NCBI GenBank assembly: GCA_035528235.1
Contig: DATKZB010000305.1
Location: forward strand, 1 to 54,610
DNA length: 54,610 nucleotides
Source: Phycisphaerae bacterium
GTDB taxonomy: Bacteria > Planctomycetota > Phycisphaerae > FEN-1346
Reading direction: 5' to 3'
Of the stretch, positions 1 through 8,277 are shown in pieces. How positions within the stretch are numbered: position 1 is the first letter of the stretch; each line of letters opens with the position of its first letter. A model generated the notes under the pieces. That model ran no database searches, was not told the DNA's origin, and saw only the letters and a list, made by a program, of their open reading frames with translations. A program made the translations under genes and the position numbers.

Positions 1-15
1 GCAAGGGGGCGGTCT

Positions 16-1296
16 ATGATTCACGTCAGTTGTCCACGATGCAACACGCAGTTCACCACCAGCGACGCCAACGCCGGCAAGACGGGGCAATGCCCCAAGT
101 GCGGAAACCCCTTGAGGATTCCGCCCGCCGGCGCCGCGCCGCCACCCCCTTCGGCGGCCGCACCCCGACCGGCGCTCCAACCGCAGACCGCGGCGCCGCA
201 GCCGCCCGCGCCTCAGGCCGCGCCGCAGGCGGCCGAAGAGCCGGCCACGCAGCCCGCGGGGCCGGAGGTGGGCTTCGGCCAGGTGTTCCGCTGGATCCGC
301 GAAGGCATCGCGTGCGGCCTGCGCAACTTCCTGCCGCTGACACTGGCCGTCCTGGTGGCCACGGTCCTGGTGACACTGAGTTGGGTCATCTGCGTGGTGC
401 CGGGGGTGTTTCTGGAACCGCCGCTCGTGGCGGGGCTGGTGCTGGTCCTGCTGGGTGCCGCGCGGGGCAAGCGCAGCCTGATGAACAGGTTGTTCGCGGG
501 GTTCTCGGATGGGCGTTACTGGCCCAGCATGGGCGCGGTGTGGATGCTGGGGCTCATCTTCACGCTCGTCAGCATCCCGATATCGATCGCGATTACGTTC
601 CTGGGTGCCTCGTCGCTCATGCTGCTTCTGTCGCACGGCACGATGGGGCTGGTGGTGCTGGCGGTCGGCATTCCGGTGGTGTACTCGCCCGTGTTGTACC
701 TGTCGTCGCGGCTGGCGTGGGTGTTGCCGCTGGTGGTCGAGCGGCGGGCCAAGGTGGTCGAATCGCTGACAGTCAGTTGGCACCTGACGGGCCAGGTGGC
801 GCACGGGTTCGGCCTCTTCGTGCAAATGCTCGTGCTGGCGCTGGTAAGCCTGGTCGGCCAGGCGGTGATCGTGGGACTGGCCCTGGCGGTCTTCGGGGTG
901 GGCGGGCTGGCGGCCTTCTCGGCATCGGCCCCCGGCCTGTTGGAGTACGAGCAGGCCCGCAGCGAGGTCTCGGCCATGCCGGCCCGACCGGGCGAGATGC
1001 CCGACGAGCATTACGAGCGGCAGGTGCGCGAACTCCACCGCCGCGTGGATACGCCGATGCCCCCGCGAGCGCCGGTCGAGGCCGACCGGGCGTACTGCGC
1101 CCGCGCGGCAGCGGAACTCGACCGACACATGAACCAGGGGGCCGCGTCCGCCGTCGGAACGAAGGCCGTGGCGGGCATCGCCGGCCTGGGGGTCGCGGCC
1201 CTGCTGGCCACCGTCCTGGGTGCCGCACTGGGCGCCATCCTGGCCATGCCCGTCATGGTGGGTTACCGCGACATGGTCGGCCGGCGACCGACGTAG
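16..1296 (+). CDS. Membrane protein with N-terminal zinc-ribbon, Pro/Ala-rich linker and multiple TM helices; function unknown
   Basis: ATG at 16 follows an AAGGGGG SD-like run. There are two CxxC pairs (CPRC, CPKC) in the first 32 aa and long hydrophobic segments from about aa 95. The overlapping ORF 30..1460 is an Arg/Gly-rich shadow frame. Confidence 0.7.
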   Translation: MIHVSCPRCNTQFTTSDANAGKTGQCPKCGNPLRIPPAGAAPPPPSAAAPRPALQPQTAAPQPPAPQAAPQAAEEPATQPAGPEVGFGQVFRWIREGIACGLRNFLPLTLAVLVATVLVTLSWVICVVPGVFLEPPLVAGLVLVLLGAARGKRSLMNRLFAGFSDGRYWPSMGAVWMLGLIFTLVSIPISIAITFLGASSLMLLLSHGTMGLVVLAVGIPVVYSPVLYLSSRLAWVLPLVVERRAKVVESLTVSWHLTGQVAHGFGLFVQMLVLALVSLVGQAVIVGLALAVFGVGGLAAFSASAPGLLEYEQARSEVSAMPARPGEMPDEHYERQVRELHRRVDTPMPPRAPVEADRAYCARAAAELDRHMNQGAASAVGTKAVAGIAGLGVAALLATVLGAALGAILAMPVMVGYRDMVGRRPT

Positions 1297-1309
1297 CGCC
1301 GGCGCCGCG

Positions 1310-2095
1310 TCAGGCCGGTTTCTTCGCGGCACCGAGGTCGGTAAAGCGAATCGGCTCGACGCCGCCGGTCCGGGCATACGCCACGATGCGCTCGTCCATG
1401 AAGAGCCGCCGCTGCCAGTCGCGCTCGCGGGCGATCTCGCCGGGTTTCTTGTCGCCGTAACACATCGCGCGCATCTCGTCGGTCTCGTACCCCGGATGGG
1501 CGACCACCAGGTACGTCTTGCCGGCTTCGGCGGCCCCCAGTTGGGCGATGAGCCGCTCGACGGGGTCGGCAAAGTCGCCCGGGACGGCGGGCAGGCGCGA
1601 CACGCCCTTCGGCTTGAACAGGAGTCCCTCGGCCCGGGCGAACTCGGCCAGGCGGAAATCGAGGTTGTGGAACCAGTCGAACCCCATGTGCGTATCCACA
1701 TACGTGACGGCGAGGCCCGCCTGCCGCGCCCGGTCGAGTTGGGCCTTCAGTTCCGCCAGAATCTCGTCGTTGCTGGGCTTGTGTTTCCACAGGTCGGCGG
1801 TGTCCTTGAAAAACGTGCCATCGTCCATGACGAGCGACGGCACCTTCGCGGCGCCGAGCACGGGCCCCCACCGCGGCTGGTGCCACTCGTCGGTCAGCGT
1901 GGCGTGCAGGCCCACGCACAGGCCCGTGAGGGGCTTGAAGAGGGCGGCGGCCTCCGCGAACGTCGGCCCGGGCGCCATGATGGAGGTGTTCCGCAGGATG
2001 CCCTTTTCGAAGGCGTCGCGGATGGCCTGGTTGGCCGTGCGGCACGACCCGCTGTCGTCGCCGCGGGTGATGAGGCGGATGCGCGTCTCGGCCAT
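1310..2095 (-). CDS. ChbG/HpnK (YdjC) family carbohydrate deacetylase
   Basis: 261-aa ORF with RLITRGDDSG, HATLTDEW and VDTHMG motifs typical of YdjC-like deacetylases (recalled, not searched). A GAGGAGG SD lies upstream of the ATG at 2095. Confidence 0.8.
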   Translation of the reverse strand: MAETRIRLITRGDDSGSCRTANQAIRDAFEKGILRNTSIMAPGPTFAEAAALFKPLTGLCVGLHATLTDEWHQPRWGPVLGAAKVPSLVMDDGTFFKDTADLWKHKPSNDEILAELKAQLDRARQAGLAVTYVDTHMGFDWFHNLDFRLAEFARAEGLLFKPKGVSRLPAVPGDFADPVERLIAQLGAAEAGKTYLVVAHPGYETDEMRAMCYGDKKPGEIARERDWQRRLFMDERIVAYARTGGVEPIRFTDLGAAKKPA

Positions 2096-2163
2096 GGGTA
2101 CCTCCTCGGCAATTGTCGAACAGGCGCGCCCGCCCCGGGCGGGCCAGGCGTCGCGCGCGCCAA

Positions 2164-2296
2164 CGCGCGGGGCAAGCCCCGCGGCTAACCTCGCGCGCCT
2201 GGCGCCGAACGCGCCGAGCCGTGTTAGCCGCCCGGCTTGCCGGGCGCGTGTTGTCGGCGCCAGGCGCCGAACGCGCCAAGCGCGTGTTGTCGGCGC
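2164..2296. repeat. REP-like family A doublet (GTTAGCCG + hairpin + CGCG) plus local short duplications
   Basis: cgcgcggggcaagccccgcggctaac (2164..2189) faces gttagccgcccggcttgccgggcgcg (2223..2248) in inverted orientation. gcgtgttgtcggcgcc and ggcgccgaacgcgcc each occur twice in 2201..2296. The same units recur at 8136..8277 and 39053..39204. Confidence 0.8.
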
Positions 2297-2305
2297 CGAG
2301 GGCTC

Positions 2306-3163
2306 TTACCAGCGTATCTCGACCGTGCGATCTTCGGGCCGGCCGTTGACCCACGCCTTCTGGGCATCATACGCCGCGTCGGCGGGCATGGGAATGGCCG
2401 GCACCGTCTCGACGCGGATGGCATCGCGCCCGAACCGGACCAGCCGCACCTCGAAAGGCGCCTCGATGGCCGACGACGTGCTCAGGTGGACCCGCCCGCC
2501 GCGGCGCGCCGCACACGTCACGTGGCTGTGCCCCGCCAGGACGAGCCGCACGCGCGGATGATGGTCGAGCAGGCGACCCAGGCTGGCGGCGTAATCGGCG
2601 TCGGGCACATGGGCGTCCTCCGCCAGGCCCGTCAGTCGCGGCGGCAGCGGGTCGAGCGGCGCGTGGACCACCAGACACGCGGGTTTCCCGGGCGTCGCGG
2701 CCAGCGTCGCGTCCAGCCACTCGGCCTGGGCCTCGGTCAGGGCCTCGACGGGGAAATCCCCGTCCCAGAACAGGCCGGCCCGCCCGTCGTGCATCCAGGC
2801 GCAGTTGAGCAGCACGAGGTCGACGTGCTCGAGCGGCACGACCGCGTCGGCCAACCGCAGGTGTTCCGGCGCGAGGCCCCGCCACACGTCGTACGCGTCG
2901 TGGATCATCAGGTCGTGGTTGCCGAGGCACGCGGCGGCGGGCACGTCGAGGTCGTCGATGAACCGCAGGGCCCCCGCCAGGTCGATGTGGTCGGTCACGT
3001 CGCCGCCGTGCACCACCAGGTCGATGCCGCACGACTCGACCAAGCCCCGCACGCCCGCGCAGATGGCCGGCAGCAGGTCGGGCCGCGGCGGTTGCTGGGT
3101 CCAGGCGGGCGGGTGGTCGCCCGCGTGCGTGTCGGTCAGAAAGAGGATGGTGTCGTGGGTCAT
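2306..3163 (-). CDS. Metallophosphoesterase (calcineurin-like) family protein
   Basis: Start taken at ATG 3163 (MTHDTILFLTDTHAGD). It carries the DxH, GGDVTDH, GNHD and GHSH motif series. The upstream part of the 544-aa ORF is Arg/Pro-rich and overlaps REP elements and the next gene. Confidence 0.85.
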   Translation of the reverse strand: MTHDTILFLTDTHAGDHPPAWTQQPPRPDLLPAICAGVRGLVESCGIDLVVHGGDVTDHIDLAGALRFIDDLDVPAAACLGNHDLMIHDAYDVWRGLAPEHLRLADAVVPLEHVDLVLLNCAWMHDGRAGLFWDGDFPVEALTEAQAEWLDATLAATPGKPACLVVHAPLDPLPPRLTGLAEDAHVPDADYAASLGRLLDHHPRVRLVLAGHSHVTCAARRGGRVHLSTSSAIEAPFEVRLVRFGRDAIRVETVPAIPMPADAAYDAQKAWVNGRPEDRTVEIRW

Positions 3164-3199
3164 GGCTGTCGGCCTGGAGCCTTTGAACATCGGATTGTG

Positions 3200-3276
3200 G
3201 CGCGGTGGGTCCCCGTACCCACCGCGCCAACCCGGCATCTTACGGCGAGCGCGGCGGGTACGGGGACCCGCCGCGC
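3200..3276. repeat. REPIN-like family B doublet
   Basis: Two 28-nt hairpins, gcgcggtgggtccccgtacccaccgcgc (3200..3227) and gcgcggcgggtacggggacccgccgcgc (3249..3276). Near-identical doublets lie at 17011..17088 and 33468..33544, with a single unit at 49012..49039. Confidence 0.8.
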
Positions 3277-3294
3277 AAAACATGTTAGACTGCT

Positions 3295-6200
3295 CTAGCG
3301 CCGAAGGAGCGTCTCGATCGCCTTCGCGACGGTCGCGCGGCGACGCTCGATGGGCGCCGGGTCTCGAGTGAAGGTCGTCAGGTCCTTGGTGATGTCGTCG
3401 GGCACGTCGAGGAGGGCCGCGAACTCGGCCCGCCTGGCCGCATCGAGCCCCCCGCCCTTCTCGGCCAGGCACCGCCGCAGGATGGCCAGGTACTCGTAAT
3501 CCTCGACGCCGTCGCGGAGCATCTCCCAGCGGATGCTGTCGACGGGCCCGTCGAGGACGGCCCCGGCGGGCCGGCCGTCGGCCGCCGCCTCGGGCGGGTA
3601 GATGAACCGCCCGTCGCCGTTGCCCCACGCCTGCCGCGCGCCCTTCGGCACGCCGTAGCCCGAGACCCAGCCCATGGGGTCCTCGTACGGGTTCTGCGGG
3701 CGCTGCGGGTCGGTGTAGGCCGTGTCGGACGTCCAGTAGTTGATGGACCAGATGAGGATGCCGTCGATTCTCCGCTGCCACGTCTGCCACAGCCAGACGC
3801 GGAGTTCGGTGGCCGGGTGGTCGATGAAGAGGCCCGTGTACGGCGCCTTCGGGCCGCAGCAGACGTACCACCAGAAGCGTTCGCCCTGCTTGCGGCGCGC
3901 CTCGGCCGCGGCGTGGTCGTAGGCGTCGGAGATGGGGCACCAGAGGTTCGGCCCGCCCACGAGTTGCGGCTCAACCTGTTCGGTCAGCATGCGCGTGATG
4001 CCGGGGCAGGTCTCCTTGAGTTTCCGAAACCCGTTGGTGACGAAGGCGTAGTCCTTCGGGTCGGGCTCGTCGAACCAGTAGATGAAGGCGTACGGGAGCC
4101 AGCCCTTTTCCTTGAGGTGCGATTCGAGCGCGCGGCCGTAATTCGTGAAGGCGGTCTTGTACTCGGGCGTGTCTTCCTTGAAGCCGTGCAGTTCGGGATC
4201 GTGCCGCTGGTGGAACGTGCCGCCGCCCATCCCCGGCACGCTGACCATGAACGAGTTGAAGTGGTACTGGTCGATGGCGCGGGCCATGGCCTGGTCCCAG
4301 GCGGCCCAATCGAACTGGGGCACGAAGGTGTGCTTGCCGTCGGCGCCCTTGGGCCAGGTGACCTGGATGGGGTCGAGCGGCGCCGGGTGATACGGCGCGA
4401 TGTGGTGCCGGCTCAGGTTGGCCAGGTACTTTTCGAGGACCGTCCGGCGGTCGGTCTCAGTCTTGAGGTTCTGGTACCGCCAGACGTTTTCGGGCGAGAA
4501 GCCGAACGCCGTCTGGCACGTCATCCGGTCCGGCAGGGCGAAGTCGAAAACCTCGACCTCCAGCGGCACCTGGGCCGACCAGTCCCCGGCCGCCAAGCGG
4601 ATAGTGCCCGTGTACGTGCCGGGCTTCGCGTCCCGGGGCACCGTCACGCGGACCCAGAGCGGCTGGTTGCGGCCGGCCTCCAGGTCGAGCGGCGCCACGA
4701 GCGGCGGCAACGGGTCGGGCCAGTCGGCCACGCACCCGCTGGCGTCGGTCGGCTGGGTGACCGGGACGTAGCGGACCCGCAGGACCTCGACGGCCCCGGC
4801 CGCCATGGTCGCGCCGCCGGGCCCCGCCAGCGGCCCGGCCGTCGCCGTCAGGCCCCGAAGCGCCTGCTTGGGCCGGACGACGAGTTGGGCGGCCTCGGCC
4901 TCGTTGCGTGCGGCCCGGATGCGGACGGCCTTGCCCTCGTCGGCGGGCGCGGGGCGGACGCGGCTGATCTTCCATCCCGACGACGCCCACCAGAGGTCGG
5001 CCGCGCCGCCGCCACCCGCCAGCCGCTCGCCGTACGACGTGCTGTGCAGGTCGGGCACGTGCAGCGACGCCTCGACGACAACGCCGCCGCCCGGCGGCTC
5101 GGGCGCGGCACACGAGATCGTCAGCCTATGGTCGCCCGTGCCGGGGAGCGCATAGAGCATGTTGAGGGGGCTCGCGCCGGGCTGAAGCGAGACGGTTTGC
5201 GACGCGGGCTGGGGCCGGCCATCGACCGTCACCGTCGGCAGCACGGCGATGGGCTTGTCGGTGGTGTTGACGACGCGGCCGACGACGCGGTTGTCGCCGC
5301 CGGGCAGACCGTCGCCGAGCGAGTCGATTTCGACCTTCAGGCGCGGATCGGTCTGCGTGAGGGCGAGGAACTGCGTGCGGCCGGTCAGCGTGGCCGGCTC
5401 GCCGTCGAGCGTGGCCGTGTAAGAGTACCCGCCGACCTGGAGCGACGGCGGCTTGCCGTCGCCGCCCGGCCGCGCGGCCAGGCGAACCCAGACCTCGCCG
5501 CGGGGCAGCAGGCCCGCCGGCACCGGGTACGTGCCGCCGCCTGCCTTGCCGATGCGGCCGACCTCGGTCCACTTGTTGCCGTCGGCCGAGACGAGGACCG
5601 CCAGTTCGCCCGCGGCGTACCAAGTGACCGAGACGTTCACGGCGGCGGCGGTCTGCCTGCGGCCGGCGACGGCGTGGCGATAGGTGACGTTCTGGTCGGC
5701 CGCGAGGACCCAGCGGTCGGAGTTGAAACCGCCGGTGTACGAGGCGAGCGGGCGGCTGTGGTTCCGCGAGCCGGAGCGCAGCGGTGCGTCGAACACGTAG
5801 GCGTGGCCGTCGAGTCGTTCGCCCTCGCCCAGAACGAGGTCGCCCTGACGCACGTAGACCGGCATGGCCCGCACGAGGTCGACGTCGTCGAAGGCGACGG
5901 TACCCTTGACCTCCCACTGGCCGAAGCGCAGCCACGCGTCATCGGGCTTCAGGTTCGCCGGCGCGACGCAGACCGACTCGTACGGTTTCCACTCGGCGGG
6001 GATGGAGCCGAGGTCGCGGTTGCAGAAGATCGGGCCCGAGACGGGCGTGCCGCCCGAGGCGCCCAGGCTGCGGGCGCGGAACGTCAGCCGATACACCGCC
6101 GATGGCTCCAGCGGCAGCGGCCCCGACCGCCAGTAGTTGTGGTCGTTGCCCGTGCCCGTGACGGCGATGGCGCGGCGTCCGTGGGCGGCGCCGTCGGTCA

Positions 6201-6345
6201 GCCACTGGCCCTTGCCGCCCGAGAGGGTCCAGCCCTGGGGCGCCGCCTGGCCGTCTTCGAACGAGGCGTTGGGGACGGGCACCGCCTGGGAAGCGGCCGC
6301 GGCGGCCAGCAGCAGCACGAGGACTGGGGCCGATACGGAATCCAT
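3295..6345 (-). CDS. Secreted DUF4091 / GH123-like glycoside hydrolase family protein
   Basis: 1016-aa ORF with an AAGGAGG SD and a signal peptide (MDSVSAPVLVLLLAAAAASQA). The C-terminal WWYVCCGPKAPYTGLFIDHPATELRVWLWQTW...ILIWSINYW block is typical of DUF4091 (recalled). Confidence 0.8.
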   Translation of the reverse strand: MDSVSAPVLVLLLAAAAASQAVPVPNASFEDGQAAPQGWTLSGGKGQWLTDGAAHGRRAIAVTGTGNDHNYWRSGPLPLEPSAVYRLTFRARSLGASGGTPVSGPIFCNRDLGSIPAEWKPYESVCVAPANLKPDDAWLRFGQWEVKGTVAFDDVDLVRAMPVYVRQGDLVLGEGERLDGHAYVFDAPLRSGSRNHSRPLASYTGGFNSDRWVLAADQNVTYRHAVAGRRQTAAAVNVSVTWYAAGELAVLVSADGNKWTEVGRIGKAGGGTYPVPAGLLPRGEVWVRLAARPGGDGKPPSLQVGGYSYTATLDGEPATLTGRTQFLALTQTDPRLKVEIDSLGDGLPGGDNRVVGRVVNTTDKPIAVLPTVTVDGRPQPASQTVSLQPGASPLNMLYALPGTGDHRLTISCAAPEPPGGGVVVEASLHVPDLHSTSYGERLAGGGGAADLWWASSGWKISRVRPAPADEGKAVRIRAARNEAEAAQLVVRPKQALRGLTATAGPLAGPGGATMAAGAVEVLRVRYVPVTQPTDASGCVADWPDPLPPLVAPLDLEAGRNQPLWVRVTVPRDAKPGTYTGTIRLAAGDWSAQVPLEVEVFDFALPDRMTCQTAFGFSPENVWRYQNLKTETDRRTVLEKYLANLSRHHIAPYHPAPLDPIQVTWPKGADGKHTFVPQFDWAAWDQAMARAIDQYHFNSFMVSVPGMGGGTFHQRHDPELHGFKEDTPEYKTAFTNYGRALESHLKEKGWLPYAFIYWFDEPDPKDYAFVTNGFRKLKETCPGITRMLTEQVEPQLVGGPNLWCPISDAYDHAAAEARRKQGERFWWYVCCGPKAPYTGLFIDHPATELRVWLWQTWQRRIDGILIWSINYWTSDTAYTDPQRPQNPYEDPMGWVSGYGVPKGARQAWGNGDGRFIYPPEAAADGRPAGAVLDGPVDSIRWEMLRDGVEDYEYLAILRRCLAEKGGGLDAARRAEFAALLDVPDDITKDLTTFTRDPAPIERRRATVAKAIETLLRR

Positions 6346-6519
6346 GGCGTGCCCTCCTTAGCGGGTCCCTAGGCAGCCAGTTTACACCAGGGGCGACGCC
6401 AACGCACGCCATCAAACCGGCGAGGTTGGCCGCCAGGCCCACCAAGACGGCGCGGCGCCCCGACGTATCGGGACGCCGCGCGTGCATTCGTTTCTGCCAT
6501 GCGGCCGCAGAGGCGAGGG

Positions 6520-7911
6520 TTAGATGTTCCACCACCCCTTGCGGTACTCGCGTTTGACGATGGCGTCGGCCTTGGCGCAGCCGGGGCATTTCATCGTTTT
6601 CGGGTTCCAGGTAACCTTCTGGCCGACGCGGACGGCGACGTTGGCCAGGTTCATCGCCTCGACCATGGGCCCCGCGTAGGTGAAGTTGGACTTCGGGAAG
6701 TCCCAGGGCTGTTCGCCGCGGCAGGCCTTGATGAGTTCCTCGCGGTGGCCGGGCGAATCCGGGATCCGCTCGATTTTCTTCATCTCGTCGCCCTTGAACT
6801 CGTTCATCCTGGCGCTCGGGATGAGGTTCGGGCTGTCGGAGTAGTCGCCCTGGACGTAAATCTTGCCCTTGGTGCCGATGAAGAGGTTGCCGCTGCCGCT
6901 CAGTTGCACGCTGTTCGGGTCGCCGGCCTTCTTCTGGTAGGCCGGGTCTTCCTTCATCTCGTCGGGCACGTCGGGCTTGAGACCGCCTTCGTACCAGTAG
7001 GCGGTCCAGGCGGGCTTCTTCCCCTTGGCCGGGAACATCCACTTCACAAGCATCTGCTTCGGGAACGTTTCGTCGCCGAGTTCGACGACCTTGATCGGTT
7101 CGGCGCTAAGCGGCGCGTCGGCCCCCATCGACCACCAAACGTTGTCCCAGGTGTGACAGCCCATGTCGCCGACGGCCCCGCAGCCATAGTCGAACCAGCC
7201 ACGCCACGCGAACGGATGGACCGGGCTGCCCCCGTCGTTCTTGGTGATGTACGGCCGCTTCGGGGCCACGCCCAGCCAGGCGTCCCAGTTGAGGTTCTTG
7301 GGCGCCTCGCCTGTCTTGAAGGGCCCCAGTTTGCCCTGCGGCCACACGGGACGGTTCGTCCAGGTGTGGATCTCCGTGACGTCGCCGATGACGCCCGCGT
7401 TGACCCACTCGACGACGAACCGGATGCCGCGGCCGGCGTGGCCCTGGTTGCCCATCTGGGTGGGCACCTTGTGCTTCTTGGTGGCCTCGGCCAGCATGCG
7501 GGCCTCCCAGACGGAGTGCGTCAGGGGCTTCTCGCAGTAGCAGCCGGCCCCGCGGATGATGGCCGAGTACGCCGCCGGGAAGTGCGTGTGGTCGGGCGTC
7601 GCCACCAGCACCAGGTTCAGCTTCTTGTGGTTATCGTACAGTTTGCGCCAATCGGTATAGGTCTTGGCCTGGGAGTGTTTCTTGGCGAAGTCGCCCATGC
7701 GGCCTTCATCGGCATCGCACATGGCCACAACGTTCTCGCCCGAGGCCATGCCGTGCCCGGCACCGCCCTGGCCGCCGACGCCGATGAGGGCCACGTCGAG
7801 TTTACGGTTCTGGGCGTACGCGCGAAGCGACAGCGGGTCCGACAGGATGGTGACGCCCGCGGCCATGGCCGCGCCCTTCAGAAAACGACGACGACTGATG
7901 GGGTATGACAT
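6520..7911 (-). CDS. Gfo/Idh/MocA family oxidoreductase with Tat signal
   Basis: Start at ATG 7911 (MSYPISRRRFLKGAAMAAG, twin-arginine) with a GGAGGA SD. A Rossmann GVGGQG motif follows, then EKPL. The upstream 84 codons of the listed ORF cover REP elements. Confidence 0.9.
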   Translation of the reverse strand: MSYPISRRRFLKGAAMAAGVTILSDPLSLRAYAQNRKLDVALIGVGGQGGAGHGMASGENVVAMCDADEGRMGDFAKKHSQAKTYTDWRKLYDNHKKLNLVLVATPDHTHFPAAYSAIIRGAGCYCEKPLTHSVWEARMLAEATKKHKVPTQMGNQGHAGRGIRFVVEWVNAGVIGDVTEIHTWTNRPVWPQGKLGPFKTGEAPKNLNWDAWLGVAPKRPYITKNDGGSPVHPFAWRGWFDYGCGAVGDMGCHTWDNVWWSMGADAPLSAEPIKVVELGDETFPKQMLVKWMFPAKGKKPAWTAYWYEGGLKPDVPDEMKEDPAYQKKAGDPNSVQLSGSGNLFIGTKGKIYVQGDYSDSPNLIPSARMNEFKGDEMKKIERIPDSPGHREELIKACRGEQPWDFPKSNFTYAGPMVEAMNLANVAVRVGQKVTWNPKTMKCPGCAKADAIVKREYRKGWWNI

Positions 7912-8135
7912 TTCGGATGTCCTCCGACGACCAGGGTTCTTCTGGGGGTGGGCCGCAGGGCTGCGGCGTCTCCAGAACGTTTGCGGCCCGATGCCGCCGG
8001 CTTTCTCGCCCGGCCGATTGGACGGCCGAACGCTGCTCATATTCCTTAAAACCCTACGACCGAGGCAGGGTTTCGGCAAGACTTTTTCTCGGCCTCGGGC
8101 GACGTGGGCCTTCGCGGGTACCTCGACGCGCCCAA

Positions 8136-8277
8136 CGCGCCCGGCAAGCCGGGCGGCTAACACGGCCCGACACGCCCGTTAGCCGCGGGGCTTGCCCCGC
8201 GCGTCGGCGCGCCACAACGCGCCCGGCAAGCCGGGCGGCTAACACAGGCCCGTTAGCCGCGGGGCTTGCCCCGCGCG
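8136..8277. repeat. REP-like family A, four units forming two inverted doublets (REPIN-like)
   Basis: Units at 8136..8161, 8178..8203, 8218..8243 and 8252..8277. They share a GTTAGCCG head and an 8-bp stem with CCGG or GGGG core variants carrying compensatory changes. The last unit supplies the TAA stop (8253..8255) and the last ~9 codons of ORF 8253..9599. Confidence 0.85.

Noticed and set aside
3817-6372. 851-aa plus-strand ORF opposite the DUF4091 gene. Similar long antisense ORFs lie at 7905..10508, 12962..16192, 25377..27389, 30237..31904, 36070..38451, 41440..43446, 15906..17672 and 1263..2354.
   Set aside because: They have the Arg/Gly/Pro/Ala-dominated, low-complexity composition typical of shadow frames in very GC-rich DNA. 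Each overlaps a gene on the other strand or frame that has recognisable catalytic motifs, signal peptides and SD sequences.
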